NCBI GenBank assembly: GCA_977018835.1
Contig: OZ361260.1
Location: 3,100,001-3,164,000 of the forward strand
Direction of reading: 5' to 3'
Length of the DNA: 64,000 nucleotides
From: Minutocellus sp. GHC0000111
Lineage: Eukaryota
Under the pieces are notes generated by a model. That model was not told the origin of the DNA. It saw only the letters and a list, made by a program, of their open reading frames with translations, and did no database searches. Below are positions 1-11,021 of the stretch, one piece after another (within the stretch, counting starts at the first letter, position 1; each line of letters starts with the position of its first letter). Position numbers and translations under genes: made by a program.

Positions 1-566
1 GGGGGGGTTGGACCTGGTGTGGGTGGGGGGGTTGGACCTGGCGTGGGTGGGGGGGTCGGCCCAGGAGTCGGCCCAGGAGTTGGGCGTGGTGTCGGACGAG
101 GAGTCGGCTGAGGAGTCGGATTCGGTGTCGGACGACGCGTCGGAGGAGGAGTTGGAACAATCGACGAATCCTCGGTCAAAAAGCGATCCCAATATCCCTC
201 GTCTTCCAATGCCATGTCATCCTCTGTCTCTATCTGATTCTTTCTGTTGAGACCTCTCTTGCTGATGATCTTCTTCGTCGTTGTAGCTCTCTTCTGACTC
301 TTTTTCGCTGGCATTGCATTTGCAATAGCACCATTGACGGCAACTCCTTCCACCACTTTCGTCGCCGCCGTTTCCTTCAACCGCATAAGGTCAATAGCAT
401 TTTGGTGTTGATCGATTGCTGCTGCCCCTCCGATAGACGCCCGACGTACCCTCAGCGAGCTTTTGCTATTTGTCGACGCCGCTGCCGCCGTCGAAGCTTG
501 GACCTCAACTGAGGCTGCCGCCGCCGAGGCGGCAATTAGCCCGAGGCCGAGGGCGACCCGGCGCAT
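1..566 (-). CDS. Secreted Pro/Thr-rich (mucin-like or cell-surface) protein, 5' part; runs off the window edge
   Basis: Not in the ORF track. Manual translation from ATG 566 is open to position 1: MRRVALGLGLIAASAAAA signal peptide, then YWDRFLTEDSS (RXL-type motif), then PTPPPTRRPTPNPTPQPTPRPTPGPTP repeats. Confidence 0.8.
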   Translation of the reverse strand, partial: MRRVALGLGLIAASAAAASVEVQASTAAAASTNSKSSLRVRRASIGGAAAIDQHQNAIDLMRLKETAATKVVEGVAVNGAIANAMPAKKSQKRATTTKKIISKRGLNRKNQIETEDDMALEDEGYWDRFLTEDSSIVPTPPPTRRPTPNPTPQPTPRPTPRPTPGPTPGPTPPPTPGPTPPPTPGPTP

Positions 567-1089
567 ATTTTGCCGGCGTCTTGGAATGTGAAAGAAGGAG
601 GGCTTTGTTCGCCGCCTTTCACAGGTGAAGGTATTGGTCTGTGTTACCCTCCGCACGCTCTCACGCTCTCTCACTCTCTCTTGAGACAAACCGTGAGGAT
701 AACCGTCCGAGAGAGCTGGCGATGCAGCGTAGGAGTTCTACTTGGTGGCTGCTCCCTTTTTACTAATCGCTTGAAGAAGGAACACGTGAAAGGTTTATTG
801 GTTGGAGTTGGCCACGCCAACCGCAAAGGTTGCAAGTCTGTCCCGTCGCTTTCTCAACATGTTTCAAGCTTCATTCATGCCTGATTTTCTCGATGGGCGT
901 CGCCGAAGTGGCAGAAAAGAGAGGCCGGCTCTCGTCAGGTTCCGGGTTTCTTTTGGTCAAAGCATGATGACCTCATTATGGCGTCTCAGAAACTTCCCCC
1001 GTGTTCCAAAATTTTCAATTTCTTTTTTCCGCCACATCACCTCATTTCTCTTCTTATTCGGCATTCCATAACATCACAAGGATAATTAA

Positions 1090-2889
1090 ATGAATGCACG
1101 GAGGCAAAGAATAGGCCCACTGTCGGTGCCAATAATGGCCGCGGTGGCGCCATTCCTGGTCGTCGTGTCGCTGTTGTCGTCGGTATCTTCGGCGTTCAGT
1201 TGGACGGCGGGCCCTGCGGGTGCGGCGAGCCGGCCGGCCGGCGTGCAGGTTCCTCACCGGCGGCTACAGCAGCAGCAGCAGCAGCAGCGGCGGCGGCAGC
1301 GGCGGCAGCGGCATTGCGGCGCAAGGAGCGGTGACAGGTACTGCAATAACGTGAGTTTGTACATGAGCGATGACAACATTGATGATGATATCGAGGCGCT
1401 CATGGCCGAGGGAGCCGAGCCCAATGGTGGAGGTGCGGCTTCACCAGCAGGCGGGGAACCGGCACAAGCCCAGAGTGTGAGCGCTGCTGCTGGTAGCAAC
1501 AGCCTCGGCATCGACTTTGGTTCGAGCAATACCAACCCAACGACCGACATGGGCATTATCAGCCCCGAGGGAGGGGTCGGCGCCCCGTGCGTCATCAAGG
1601 TCCTCGGCGTCGGCGGCGGAGGCGGCAATGCCGTCAACCGGATGATCCAGACGGCCATCCAGGGCGTCGCCTTTTGGGCCATCAACACCGACGCCCAGGC
1701 TCTGGCCAAGAGCTTGGCCCCCAACGTCCTCAACATTGGTCAGTCGACCACCCGCGGCCTCGGCGCCGGCGGCGATCCCCGCGTCGGCGAGCAGGCCTGC
1801 CTCGAGAACTACGAGGACGTCAAGCACATCTGCAACGGGGCCGACATGGTCTTCATCACGGCCGGTATGGGCGGCGGTACCGGATCGGGAGCCGCCCCCG
1901 TCGTGGCCGAGGTGGCCAAGAAGGAGTGCGGCTGCCTCACCGTCGGCGTCGTTACCAAGCCCTTCGCCTTCGAGGGGCGGAAGCGGATGAAGCAGGCCGA
2001 GGAGGCCATCGAGGCCCTGCGGGAGCAGGTCGATACCCTCATCGTGGTTTCCAATGACAAGCTCCTGCGGATCGTTCCCGACAACACCCCCGTCACCGAC
2101 GCCTTCCTCGTGGCCGACGACATCCTCCGGCAGGGCGTCGTGGGTATATCCGAGATCATCGTCAAGACCGGCCTCGTCAACGTCGACTTCGCCGACGTCC
2201 GGGCCGTGATGAAGGATGCCGGCACGGCCCTCATGGGCGTCGGCACCGGCGTCGGCAAGACCCGCGCGGCCGACGCCGCCGTCGCCGCCATCTCCAGTCC
2301 CCTCCTGGACTTCCCCATCGCCGAGGCCCACCGCATCGTCTTCAACGTCGTCGGTGGGCCGGACATGGGGCTGCGCGAGATCAACAGCGCCAGCGAGGTC
2401 ATCTACGAGAACGCGCACGAGGATGCCAACATCATCTTCGGTGCGTTGATCGACGAGGCCATGGGCGACGAGGTCAGCATCACCGTCCTGGCGTGCGACT
2501 TTCGGGAGGGCAGCACCGCCCTCGACGGTGTGACGGAGGAGAGCAAGAAGAAGGCCATCCGGACGGTGGCTTGTGGTTTTACTGAATCGGAAAGATCCAG
2601 AGAAAGCGGTGGAATGGCCTCGTATGAGGAGGATGCGCTTTGGGGCGATGAGGGATCGGACGTGGAGGGCGGCGGAGACCGAGGGCCACTCTTCTACAAG
2701 GAGAGGCGGCAGGCCACCCGCAGCCCGTTGGGACCTGATGCCACCATTGAGGAGACGAGGGTGGCCATAACCCGTGGGTTTAAGATGCCCGCCAAGGCCG
2801 ATGATCCCACAGGAGGGCCAGATGCCGAGAAGGGCCTGCGGAAGCGTTTCCGTGGCTTTTTCCGGGGTGTCTTTGGCAAGAAGAAGTAA
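1090..2889 (+). CDS. ftsZ: Plastid division protein FtsZ, nuclear-encoded with bipartite presequence
   Basis: IKVLGVGGGGGNAV, NTDAQAL, GMGGGTGSG tubulin signature and NVDFADV motifs. Hydrophobic signal peptide ending SSA-F, then a Q/R-rich transit peptide. Confidence 0.97.
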   Translation: MNARRQRIGPLSVPIMAAVAPFLVVVSLLSSVSSAFSWTAGPAGAASRPAGVQVPHRRLQQQQQQQRRRQRRQRHCGARSGDRYCNNVSLYMSDDNIDDDIEALMAEGAEPNGGGAASPAGGEPAQAQSVSAAAGSNSLGIDFGSSNTNPTTDMGIISPEGGVGAPCVIKVLGVGGGGGNAVNRMIQTAIQGVAFWAINTDAQALAKSLAPNVLNIGQSTTRGLGAGGDPRVGEQACLENYEDVKHICNGADMVFITAGMGGGTGSGAAPVVAEVAKKECGCLTVGVVTKPFAFEGRKRMKQAEEAIEALREQVDTLIVVSNDKLLRIVPDNTPVTDAFLVADDILRQGVVGISEIIVKTGLVNVDFADVRAVMKDAGTALMGVGTGVGKTRAADAAVAAISSPLLDFPIAEAHRIVFNVVGGPDMGLREINSASEVIYENAHEDANIIFGALIDEAMGDEVSITVLACDFREGSTALDGVTEESKKKAIRTVACGFTESERSRESGGMASYEEDALWGDEGSDVEGGGDRGPLFYKERRQATRSPLGPDATIEETRVAITRGFKMPAKADDPTGGPDAEKGLRKRFRGFFRGVFGKKK

Positions 2890-3578
2890 GGGCTGCCAAT
2901 AGCTCTTGCCTGGGCTGGGGATTTGCCACTTGAACCGCATTTGGGTCTACTGAGATCCATCTTTTCAATCATCATCATCATCATTGCTTTCGCTTCCCGA
3001 AAAATTGCGCGAACAAAATTTTCCGTATTTATTTATGTCACCAGTCTACCTGAAAAATGGGTACATCAATACTTTGATGCAGGTAGATGGATAGTTTAAT
3101 TGCTACATAATGGTCAACACAAGCAAACAATACCGCTACATGTACACGTGAGGAGAGCTGCTGCTGGTTGGTGTGGTGACTTCACCAAGTGAATTCCGGG
3201 GGAACCCCTCATTATTTCGCCCCTCTTTACTCAAGCAGCACAACATAAAATCCCACCGCGACAAACGAAAGACACAATCATCACATCTACAGCACCCGTT
3301 GGAGGAGCGCCAACAATGCCAGAGAGATTGTCGTTTCATAATATTCGAAGAGAGGATGCGCAAAGGAGATGAATGAGGATACTCCCCTGACAAATCGAAC
3401 TCAACGGCTAGATATTTCATCTTGGTTTGTTCCGCTTCTTGATTGATTCCTTGATTGAAATCTTTGCTCGCAGAGAGCAGAAATCCCCTTGTTCTCGTTG
3501 AATCGCGCCGTCGCTCAACCGTCAACCAGCTGAATCGCCAGCGCATCTTCTGCGCTATTGCGATAGCAGCAGCTCACA

Positions 3579-5306
3579 ATGGAAACTCCACAACTGACGC
3601 CGGATGGTGCCGCAAGCGTTGTCTCAGGTATTTCCTACGATATGAACATTCCAATGCAGCGATCGACGAGCTTCTCGACTTATCACACGAACTTCACGGA
3701 CGCAACTTATGACGACAAGGATCCAGACTTCCCTTCCGTTACATTCGCAACGAACGAAGATGATCTTGTAAGCACTGCTACCTTCGAAACAAGAGATGAT
3801 CGTCCTTTTACTGGATGCATGTCGGCCATTGTGTATGATGTCACGGACGGTTGGTATCAGCTCGAGCATAACGTCAAGAGCTGCTCTGACATTCACAGCT
3901 GCAAAGCGCCGAGCTTCGACCTGCCAAGCTGCAAGGTGCCAAGCCCTGGCATGCCAAGCTGTAACGCCGACGCCTACAATTGCGGTAACACTATCAAAAC
4001 GCAAACTGCAACTCTATGGGTTGGAAGCTCAAGGATCAGCTGCACCGTCCCAGTTTGCTCATCCGACACCTCATACGATGCCCCTTCGAGCAGAGGAGCA
4101 GCATCTCAGGCCAACCTCATGGACATGTATGAGTATGACGACGATGATATGAGCGCCCATTCGCTTCGATATTCCTACGGGAGGGGACCCTTCGGCCACC
4201 GTAGAAATCCTTCCTTCGGGCACCACTCTGGGTATCGACTTGGCAGAAGAAGCCTTTCCCTTGCGAGGCCAGGCAAGGGAGTTTCAAGGATTAGAACTGG
4301 CATCGCGCAGGTAGGTTCCCTTGGCAAAAAAGTCTCTAAGCCAAGCATGAAGATGATAAAACAAATGGGTCGCAGGGACAAGGAGAGGGCTCTTTCAGAT
4401 ATCGAAGAAGAGACCAGGGATGAGGCCGAGGATCCATCTTTCATTCATGCTGCGGCAACTGAAGTGAAAGAGAGCATAAACAAAGCTGGGTCGAAAATCG
4501 AGAGCAAGCTCAAAGAGGAGCAAACTGCCATACTCTCCAGTATCGACCACGAAACAGCAAAAGTTTCGAACTCTATCAAGCTGGCTGCCGATGCTACTTC
4601 CCTCGTTACTTCCCACGCAACAAATACTGTATCCAACTACCAACAGAAGATCATGGACGAGCATACAAAAGCTCTCAAATCTCACACCAATGCTATCAGC
4701 CAACGTCTACTCGCTGTTGAGCAGAAAATGATTCAAGCGAACGAGTACCTTAATGCCTCACACCAGCAAATTCTCAACGAGGCCAGTGGAGTGGTGCCAG
4801 TGCCAGAGATCAGTGAAGATCGAAGATCTCTGCAAGCCAACAACAACGATGAGCTTGAGGAAACCGAGACGAGTGCACAAGACCACTACAATCCCAGCAT
4901 CCTCTTCCGTTGCACAGTGATGGATGAAGGTTCAGAAGGAATTGCAGTTGTGGACGATGTGATTGGTGGGGATGCAAAAGGGACTGTAGTTGGTGACGAC
5001 GATAACTCCATGTGTCCATCTCATTCTACTGGATCTTCGGCATCCTCTGGATCGTCTTGTTCCATTGCATCCTATAAATACGATAATAGAATGTTTGGGG
5101 TAGGTATCGGTATGAGCGAAGACCTTGATGGAGACAGTTTTAACATGGAGGTAAAGATGTCGTCGTCGAATGGTTTCCCTTCGGGTCAGCGTAATCCCTC
5201 CATCGACACACAAACTCAAGACACGCTGAACGCCGTGCTTGATGGCTATCATGCTCATGACGAAGCCTCGCAGCAAGAAATGTTTCTGTCTTCGGGAGAG
5301 GAATAA
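3579..5306 (+). CDS. Hypothetical protein, 575 aa, Ser-rich with central coiled coil
   Basis: Long uninterrupted ATG-initiated ORF; no recognisable domain. Confidence 0.7.
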   Translation: METPQLTPDGAASVVSGISYDMNIPMQRSTSFSTYHTNFTDATYDDKDPDFPSVTFATNEDDLVSTATFETRDDRPFTGCMSAIVYDVTDGWYQLEHNVKSCSDIHSCKAPSFDLPSCKVPSPGMPSCNADAYNCGNTIKTQTATLWVGSSRISCTVPVCSSDTSYDAPSSRGAASQANLMDMYEYDDDDMSAHSLRYSYGRGPFGHRRNPSFGHHSGYRLGRRSLSLARPGKGVSRIRTGIAQVGSLGKKVSKPSMKMIKQMGRRDKERALSDIEEETRDEAEDPSFIHAAATEVKESINKAGSKIESKLKEEQTAILSSIDHETAKVSNSIKLAADATSLVTSHATNTVSNYQQKIMDEHTKALKSHTNAISQRLLAVEQKMIQANEYLNASHQQILNEASGVVPVPEISEDRRSLQANNNDELEETETSAQDHYNPSILFRCTVMDEGSEGIAVVDDVIGGDAKGTVVGDDDNSMCPSHSTGSSASSGSSCSIASYKYDNRMFGVGIGMSEDLDGDSFNMEVKMSSSNGFPSGQRNPSIDTQTQDTLNAVLDGYHAHDEASQQEMFLSSGEE

Positions 5307-5464
5307 TTTCCGTGAACATATCACAAATACATGTAGGAGGGTATCGCAAAAGATATTACACATACCCGAACGGAGATGTAATTAGGGTGAAACGCATCCA
5401 ATTGAAACATTATGGCAATTCAAGATAAATATATTAAGGCAAAAGCTTATTGCAATATATCGTG

Positions 5465-6157
5465 TCATCTCCATCGGCCTATCCGTTGCCACCAGTCTGT
5501 TTGTGTGCCAAATTTTCCTTTCTTCGCCTCGACCTTTCCATTTCTGTCGTCTTCTTCATTTTTGTCTTTGTCTTCACTTTCATCTTCATCAATACTGAGT
5601 GGCAGTGGACCGCCGATTGGGAAATGCCTCGCCACCGTGTTGTGATTGTCCACAATGAACCCAACCGCTTGCCGATGGACAAGCAATTCCCATCTGGCTT
5701 TCATAGCCTCCTTCCTAAGTTCGTTGTATCTTTCCGCTGTCTTCTTTACGTCTTGTGAGTTAATTTCTGAGGCGCCCTTTTCTAAGAGCTCGTCGTATCG
5801 CTGTCGTTCTTGAGCCATTGCCCGCACGTAACGCAATATCTTCTCGCCCTGCTTTCCGAGGGCTTTGCCCATCGTCCCACGAAGTTCGTCCTCGATGGTT
5901 TTAAGGTGCAGGCCAGGATCAGTCGTCTGCCGATTGGTGTCCAAGTACTCATTGCTCTTGTCTGTATTCTTGACCAACTTAGCCCCTCGCTCCCATGACG
6001 TTGAAGTTTGGTTTGATGGCATGTTAATGGTTGGCCGGCCAGCGGTGGTTGTACCCGCCGAGGACAGTTGCCGCCAATGGGCGTACTGCATCGATTTCGT
6101 CATCAAGCGACGGCCTGATGCCATCGCGGCAGCAGCAGTAGCAACTCGACCGCCCAT
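5465..6157 (-). CDS. Hypothetical protein, possibly mitochondrial
   Basis: ATG at 6157. Arg/Ala/Ser-rich N-terminus, helical core (ARWELLVHRQAVGF) and Trp-rich end TDWWQRIGRWR. Confidence 0.7.
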   Translation of the reverse strand: MGGRVATAAAAMASGRRLMTKSMQYAHWRQLSSAGTTTAGRPTINMPSNQTSTSWERGAKLVKNTDKSNEYLDTNRQTTDPGLHLKTIEDELRGTMGKALGKQGEKILRYVRAMAQERQRYDELLEKGASEINSQDVKKTAERYNELRKEAMKARWELLVHRQAVGFIVDNHNTVARHFPIGGPLPLSIDEDESEDKDKNEEDDRNGKVEAKKGKFGTQTDWWQRIGRWR

Positions 6158-6214
6158 TCCCCTTAAATAGCAGGGAAGGTTTGTGCAAGCGACCACGGGC
6201 TCGAGTACTCGGGT

Positions 6215-6340
6215 AGTTTAATGGAGAGGAATTCCTCCGTGTAGGAATCCTGCAACATGTACTCGCAGGATGGTGCCAGTTTATTGGAGAGGAATTCCTC
6301 CGTGTAGGAATCCTACAACATGTACTCGCAGGATGGTGCC
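6215..6340. repeat. Tandem duplication of a 63-bp palindrome-rich unit (2 copies)
   Basis: 6215-6277 and 6278-6340 differ at 2 positions. The unit contains GAGGAATTCCTC, GTAGGAATCCT(A/G)C and ACATGT palindromes. Confidence 0.9.
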
Positions 6341-6839
6341 CGCGTGCCGCAGCGAATTGCATTGATTGATGACGCGGCGCCATGGGGCCGCCAAGCAACG
6401 TTCGAGAATTGACTCAGGCGAGTGTACTCTTTCCGGAAAATCTTCGCGCGAACTCGCGCTCCTACTCGTCCAGTGTACTTGCGTTGGGATGAAGAACCGC
6501 GCGGTGCAAAAAATCAAACGATAAATGCGATAGCGTACCCCCAGAGCGTAAGGCGATAGAGCAAGTAACGTCGTTTGGCGCTTTGCGCCGTTCGTGTCGG
6601 TGCTCTCAGGCCGAATGAGCGGTGAGCGGTAAGCAGGTGGCGCCTCGACACAAAGATGAATCTTGGTTCTCTTTGTTTGCATTTATTTGTGCACTTTGTT
6701 CTCAACGAATGGAAGCAATCAGCAAGATCTAAGTCGTCCCTACTTTGATTGCCACAGTTTCACCATTCAACATCCATCGCTTCGAATTGTCATTGCAAGT
6801 GAATTTCATTATTAATTACGCCAAGAGGCTCCAGCAATT

Positions 6840-8624
6840 ATGTTACATCCCTACAATGGGGACGATGACACCTACACCGCCATGTATTCAGATGACGGCA
6901 GTTACACAACCGTCTCGACATTTACGACGTTCAAAACCGCTCGTACTTATGAATTCGATAGTGGTAAGAGTTTCATGGAAACCTTCATTGATGGTGTGAA
7001 CGATATCGACTCGACCTTCTCTGCCTGTGGGGACAATGATATCAATGATACCAGCAATATTGACAATACGAAGAAGAATGGGAAGAAAAGGTCCAATGCA
7101 AAAGACAAGGGTATAGTCGCCGATGGTGTCGACAACCAAGCAGAGGGCCCATTTTACGCCCTTGGCTGTTTTGGCCTAGGCTGTGGACTGACCTGTGGTA
7201 ATGAAGAGGATGCGCGTGACGATATTGTCGAGCCAGTCAGCAGGCCACCAGAGACCAGGATGCAAACAGTCGAAAGAAGATTCGGAATCGGGAAGAAATC
7301 CAAGATCAGTAAATCCAAAATCAGTACTTCACAGAAAGACGTGCCCTTTGCGTCAAACACCACTGCCTCTCCTTCTCGCCGACCGAGCGCAAAAAGCGAC
7401 AAATCCAAGACAAAACAACGTGCTCCGCGGCTCCGAAGGGCCTTTGCCAACATTGTCAAATCGAAATCCAAGACTTCCAAAGCAACCAATTCCCAACAGA
7501 TGAAGAGCAAGTACAACGTCGAGGCTCAAGCAGTAGCTGCATTGAAGGGTAGAGCGGCAGCTGAGGACACAAATAACGGCCGTCAACCCACAAAGTCCAA
7601 GAATGGACGTGCTCGCCGCAGGACCATGAACCAAGCTCCCTTCCATCGAACGAAAGCTCGTGTCCTTGAAGCAGCCAATAAATTCGCCGAGGATCATGCA
7701 GAATTTGCTGAGAGAGCTACAGAGAAACTCGCCGAGGAGCAGGTCAAGGCCGCCCACTTCGTTTCGGAAGGCATCGAAACTGCCATCAGAACAACGGCCG
7801 TTATGGCAGAGGCGGCGGAATATGAAGTGGCCAAGGTTGCAGCGCGGGCATTAGCCGACGTAGCCAGTACCATCGGCACACCAATCCTCCAGACACTACA
7901 TGTAGCATCCACAGATCAAATGCAACGTCCAAGAGAAATCGCATCAGATGAATCATCGCAACCATCGACCATTCTCGGTAGAATTACTTGTACTGATGCC
8001 GAGACTGATACTGGTACTGATAGCCCCGACAGGACCAGGACGGATTCTTCTGATGATTTTAAGGCGACTTTGGCGAACGAGATGTTGCTGTCTGGTTACC
8101 GTCTAGAGAGCGAATATGTGTACCAACATATTGCACAGGAGATGCTCGATTTGGCAGAGAGACTTGAGGACGCGGATATTGAATCAAGATGCTCCAGCTC
8201 AGATGGTGGTGAAGAAAAGACCGTCAGTGTTGAGGTAGAGGTGTTAGTAGAGCCTGAAGTGGAGGAGAGCACCGACACAAATATTGAACTTGTCATTTGC
8301 TTCATAAAAGAGACACTCTTGAGCAAATCTAATAAAGAAGCTCCGTCTCTCGATAATTCTTCGGTTCGAACAGACCCATGTACGGATGAATCAACAGTAG
8401 AATCAGAATCATCCTCCTCAAGTACTTCGCAAATGACCCAGGCGCAGCACTCAAATCCAGTCCTCCGCGAAACAAGCCACCAGCATGCTTGCAACGAAAC
8501 ACTTCATATGGGTGCGATTGATGCTAGTTCCATGTCCGATTATGAAGACATTTCTGATGGGGATTCTCAATCAAATGAAGCCCGAACCGATATTAAATTC
8601 AAGGGTAGCTATCACTCGATTTGA
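6840..8624 (+). CDS. Hypothetical protein, 594 aa, Lys/Ser-rich with Ala/Glu helical region
   Basis: Long ATG-initiated ORF; no recognisable domain. Confidence 0.7.
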   Translation: MLHPYNGDDDTYTAMYSDDGSYTTVSTFTTFKTARTYEFDSGKSFMETFIDGVNDIDSTFSACGDNDINDTSNIDNTKKNGKKRSNAKDKGIVADGVDNQAEGPFYALGCFGLGCGLTCGNEEDARDDIVEPVSRPPETRMQTVERRFGIGKKSKISKSKISTSQKDVPFASNTTASPSRRPSAKSDKSKTKQRAPRLRRAFANIVKSKSKTSKATNSQQMKSKYNVEAQAVAALKGRAAAEDTNNGRQPTKSKNGRARRRTMNQAPFHRTKARVLEAANKFAEDHAEFAERATEKLAEEQVKAAHFVSEGIETAIRTTAVMAEAAEYEVAKVAARALADVASTIGTPILQTLHVASTDQMQRPREIASDESSQPSTILGRITCTDAETDTGTDSPDRTRTDSSDDFKATLANEMLLSGYRLESEYVYQHIAQEMLDLAERLEDADIESRCSSSDGGEEKTVSVEVEVLVEPEVEESTDTNIELVICFIKETLLSKSNKEAPSLDNSSVRTDPCTDESTVESESSSSSTSQMTQAQHSNPVLRETSHQHACNETLHMGAIDASSMSDYEDISDGDSQSNEARTDIKFKGSYHSI

Positions 8625-8696
8625 GGGTCAAAATCAAAATAAAACAATATCTAGGTACGATAATAGTGCAATTAATCTTATATAGCCAATTACATC

Positions 8697-10418
8697 TTAC
8701 AAATTCGAAGGAACGAACATACTGAAGCCAGTGAGAGCAGTTGTCATTACCATACTTGCCACCTGCGGGTGCCAATGAACCTCTTTCACACTTTCTGATC
8801 CACAATGCACGAACAAAAGCTGGGGTGGAATCTCTCCGCCTTCTCCTCCCGCACCAACACCGGCACCCGTCTCTTCGTTGGGTTCGTCTTCTTCGATACT
8901 CAAATCATAAATGTAGGTTCCAGCTTCGTCGCTAACGGCGATCATCGACTCGTCCGTGGGATGCCATTCCAAGCTTGTGATGGGATTGCGATGGGCGGTA
9001 AAGCGAGCCAAGGGCGACGGCGTATCAGCACCCGATGCCGGAGAGGGCTGGAAATTGCGCAAATCCCAAACTGTAAACACACCGTCATCGCCTCCTGTCG
9101 CCAGAAGGTTCGACACGAGCCCATTCCAGGCCAGGACATTGACGTCAGCACCATTGGAATGAATCTTGTTGGATATCATGGCGCGGTCTTTGCAGCGGAC
9201 GTCGTATACCTTCACATAACCCCCACATTCAGCGGTGGCAAATACCGTCGCTTCTGTCGGGCTCCATTGGATGTCCTCGACAGACGGCTGATCAATGTTG
9301 CCACCAGATGGACCATATGTGGCCGAAACAGAAAAGGATGAGTTATTCCAGAATCCTCCTGCCCCGCCATTAGCCAGCTGCCACAAGTGGATGTTACCGT
9401 CACAGTCACCCGTGGCCATCTGCCCGGCCTTAACTCTCGACCAATCCATGGCGTATCCTTCGGTGGAATGACCCTGATAAACAAAGAAGGGGTCACGCCG
9501 GAACTTGCCTCCGCCTCTGCCATCATCCCCTCCACCACCAGCACTGCGATTGAAGGTGTCCAAAATACCCCTCACATCGTAAACATTGACCGTCCCAGTA
9601 TCGGACCAGGTGGCCACGATCTCAGAGTGCTGCGGCATAACACGGATGCGGTTGATACCGCCCTCGTGGCGGAGACTAAAGTGTTCCACGACAGGATCAA
9701 GATCGGCGATCTCTTCGTCTTCCTCTTCGTCTTCGTCGTCGGAATCATCGCTGTCTTCGTCAGGATTGAACTCCTCGCCCAATATCTCATCCTCCTCTTC
9801 CTCCTTAGTCTTGACGACGCCCGTCCTGGCCAAATCGCTCAACTTGATGATGGTGAGTTTGTTCTTGTCGGAGCGATCGGCCTGGCTGCCGACGGCTACA
9901 ATGGCCGTGTGGGGGAAGCGGGTGCGATTCTCACCGAGATCGTCGCGGATGAAGTCGAAACTGAGGCTGGGCCACTCCGGCGTGAGGCCGTGCAGCATCT
10001 TGTAGGCCGTGGGGTCGACCTCAAGCTTCTCGCCTGGAGCGAGGGGGTCCGAGGTGAGTGGATTCCACGAACGGATGACCTCCTCTCCATCAAAGTGATG
10101 AGGATCGCGGGCGGCAGATATCTTTCGTTCGTCGCCATCGCCGTCGCCACCCTTCATGGCTGCACCGTCCTCGTCGTCCATGATTTCCTCCTCTTCGTAT
10201 TCGTCGATGTAGGGATCCTGAAAGCGCAGGTTGTCCATTGTCTCCTCCTCCTCTTCGACGGATCCGGTCTGACGCTGGGCGTTGGTCATCTTCTTGGCAG
10301 GTCGATCGGCGGCAGAGGCAGACACATTCTCGTCAACAAGCATGGCGGGAGATGGAGGGGCCGGCTTGGACGCGGCGGTTCCGCCAGCAGACCGAACTCT
10401 CTTAGATTTCTTTCCCAT
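8697..10418 (-). CDS. GRWD1: Glutamate-rich WD40 protein / ribosome assembly protein Rrb1
   Basis: DPTAYKMLH..EWPSLSFD N-terminal domain, acidic tract, WD40 repeats (GHSTEGYAMDWS, SVEDIQWSPTE) and C-terminal IPPQLLFVH...KEVHWHPQ. Confidence 0.93.
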   Translation of the reverse strand: MGKKSKRVRSAGGTAASKPAPPSPAMLVDENVSASAADRPAKKMTNAQRQTGSVEEEEETMDNLRFQDPYIDEYEEEEIMDDEDGAAMKGGDGDGDERKISAARDPHHFDGEEVIRSWNPLTSDPLAPGEKLEVDPTAYKMLHGLTPEWPSLSFDFIRDDLGENRTRFPHTAIVAVGSQADRSDKNKLTIIKLSDLARTGVVKTKEEEEDEILGEEFNPDEDSDDSDDEDEEEDEEIADLDPVVEHFSLRHEGGINRIRVMPQHSEIVATWSDTGTVNVYDVRGILDTFNRSAGGGGDDGRGGGKFRRDPFFVYQGHSTEGYAMDWSRVKAGQMATGDCDGNIHLWQLANGGAGGFWNNSSFSVSATYGPSGGNIDQPSVEDIQWSPTEATVFATAECGGYVKVYDVRCKDRAMISNKIHSNGADVNVLAWNGLVSNLLATGGDDGVFTVWDLRNFQPSPASGADTPSPLARFTAHRNPITSLEWHPTDESMIAVSDEAGTYIYDLSIEEDEPNEETGAGVGAGGEGGEIPPQLLFVHCGSESVKEVHWHPQVASMVMTTALTGFSMFVPSNL

Positions 10419-10708
10419 TTTGTGCCAATAGTATGCTTTCGTTGGTGGTATTGGGAATCACACGAGATGTGCCTTTCACTCTATCTATTGTTTCCTTTGC
10501 TTCATGTTTCTTGTGGCGCGAGCGATGTTGCGTTGGAGCAAATCGTAAAATCAGTGGATCGAGATGAGTCGAGTGAGTCGAATCTTTCAGTATCGTCTGT
10601 CCGTCGTAAAATATAATAGGATTTGCTTCTCTCGGCTTGATGATTCAGTGGGGGGGGGGGGGTGGGGCTGGCGGCTTACTCCATTCCACAATATTTTAAA
10701 CAGAGAAC

Positions 10709-11016
10709 ATGCGCATGCCGGTCTTATACATTCCTCACGGCGGAGGCCCGTGGCCATTCATGAATCTGCCTCCTCATTTGGATCATGGTCCGAATCTTCG
10801 CCCCTTTTTGGAGAACATTCATTCGCAACACACTTCCTCGGCAACCCAACCAAGTCAATCCTCGTCATCAGCGCGCACTGGGAGCAAAAATTTCCAACGC
10901 TGCTGGATCCTCGAGACAGTCATCACTCACTTCTGTTCGATTACCACGGATTCCCACCGGAAACGTATGATATTGAGTACCCAGCACCGACAGCGCGCCA
11001 CAACTTACCGACAAGA
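10709..11016 (+). pseudogene. DODA/LigB-type extradiol dioxygenase pseudogene, 5' part
   Basis: MPVLYIPHGGGP, a frameshift near 10830, then ILVISAHWE...LLFDYHGFPPETYDIEYPAP. Confidence 0.85.
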
Positions 11017-11021
11017 CACAT

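Noticed and set aside
8..250. 80-aa plus-strand ORF at the window start
   Set aside because: Antisense shadow of the Pro/Thr-repeat gene on the minus strand.
1090..2889. ftsZ as evidence of bacterial origin or contamination
   Set aside because: It has a bipartite plastid presequence and sits among intron-containing eukaryotic genes.
1441..2940. 499-aa antisense ORF over ftsZ, and similar antisense ORFs over GRWD1, COPZ and the aminopropyltransferase
   Set aside because: Shadow ORFs caused by GC3-rich codon usage of the real gene; no motifs of their own.
6215..6340. CRISPR-like array
   Set aside because: Only two adjacent copies, no unique spacers and no cas genes.
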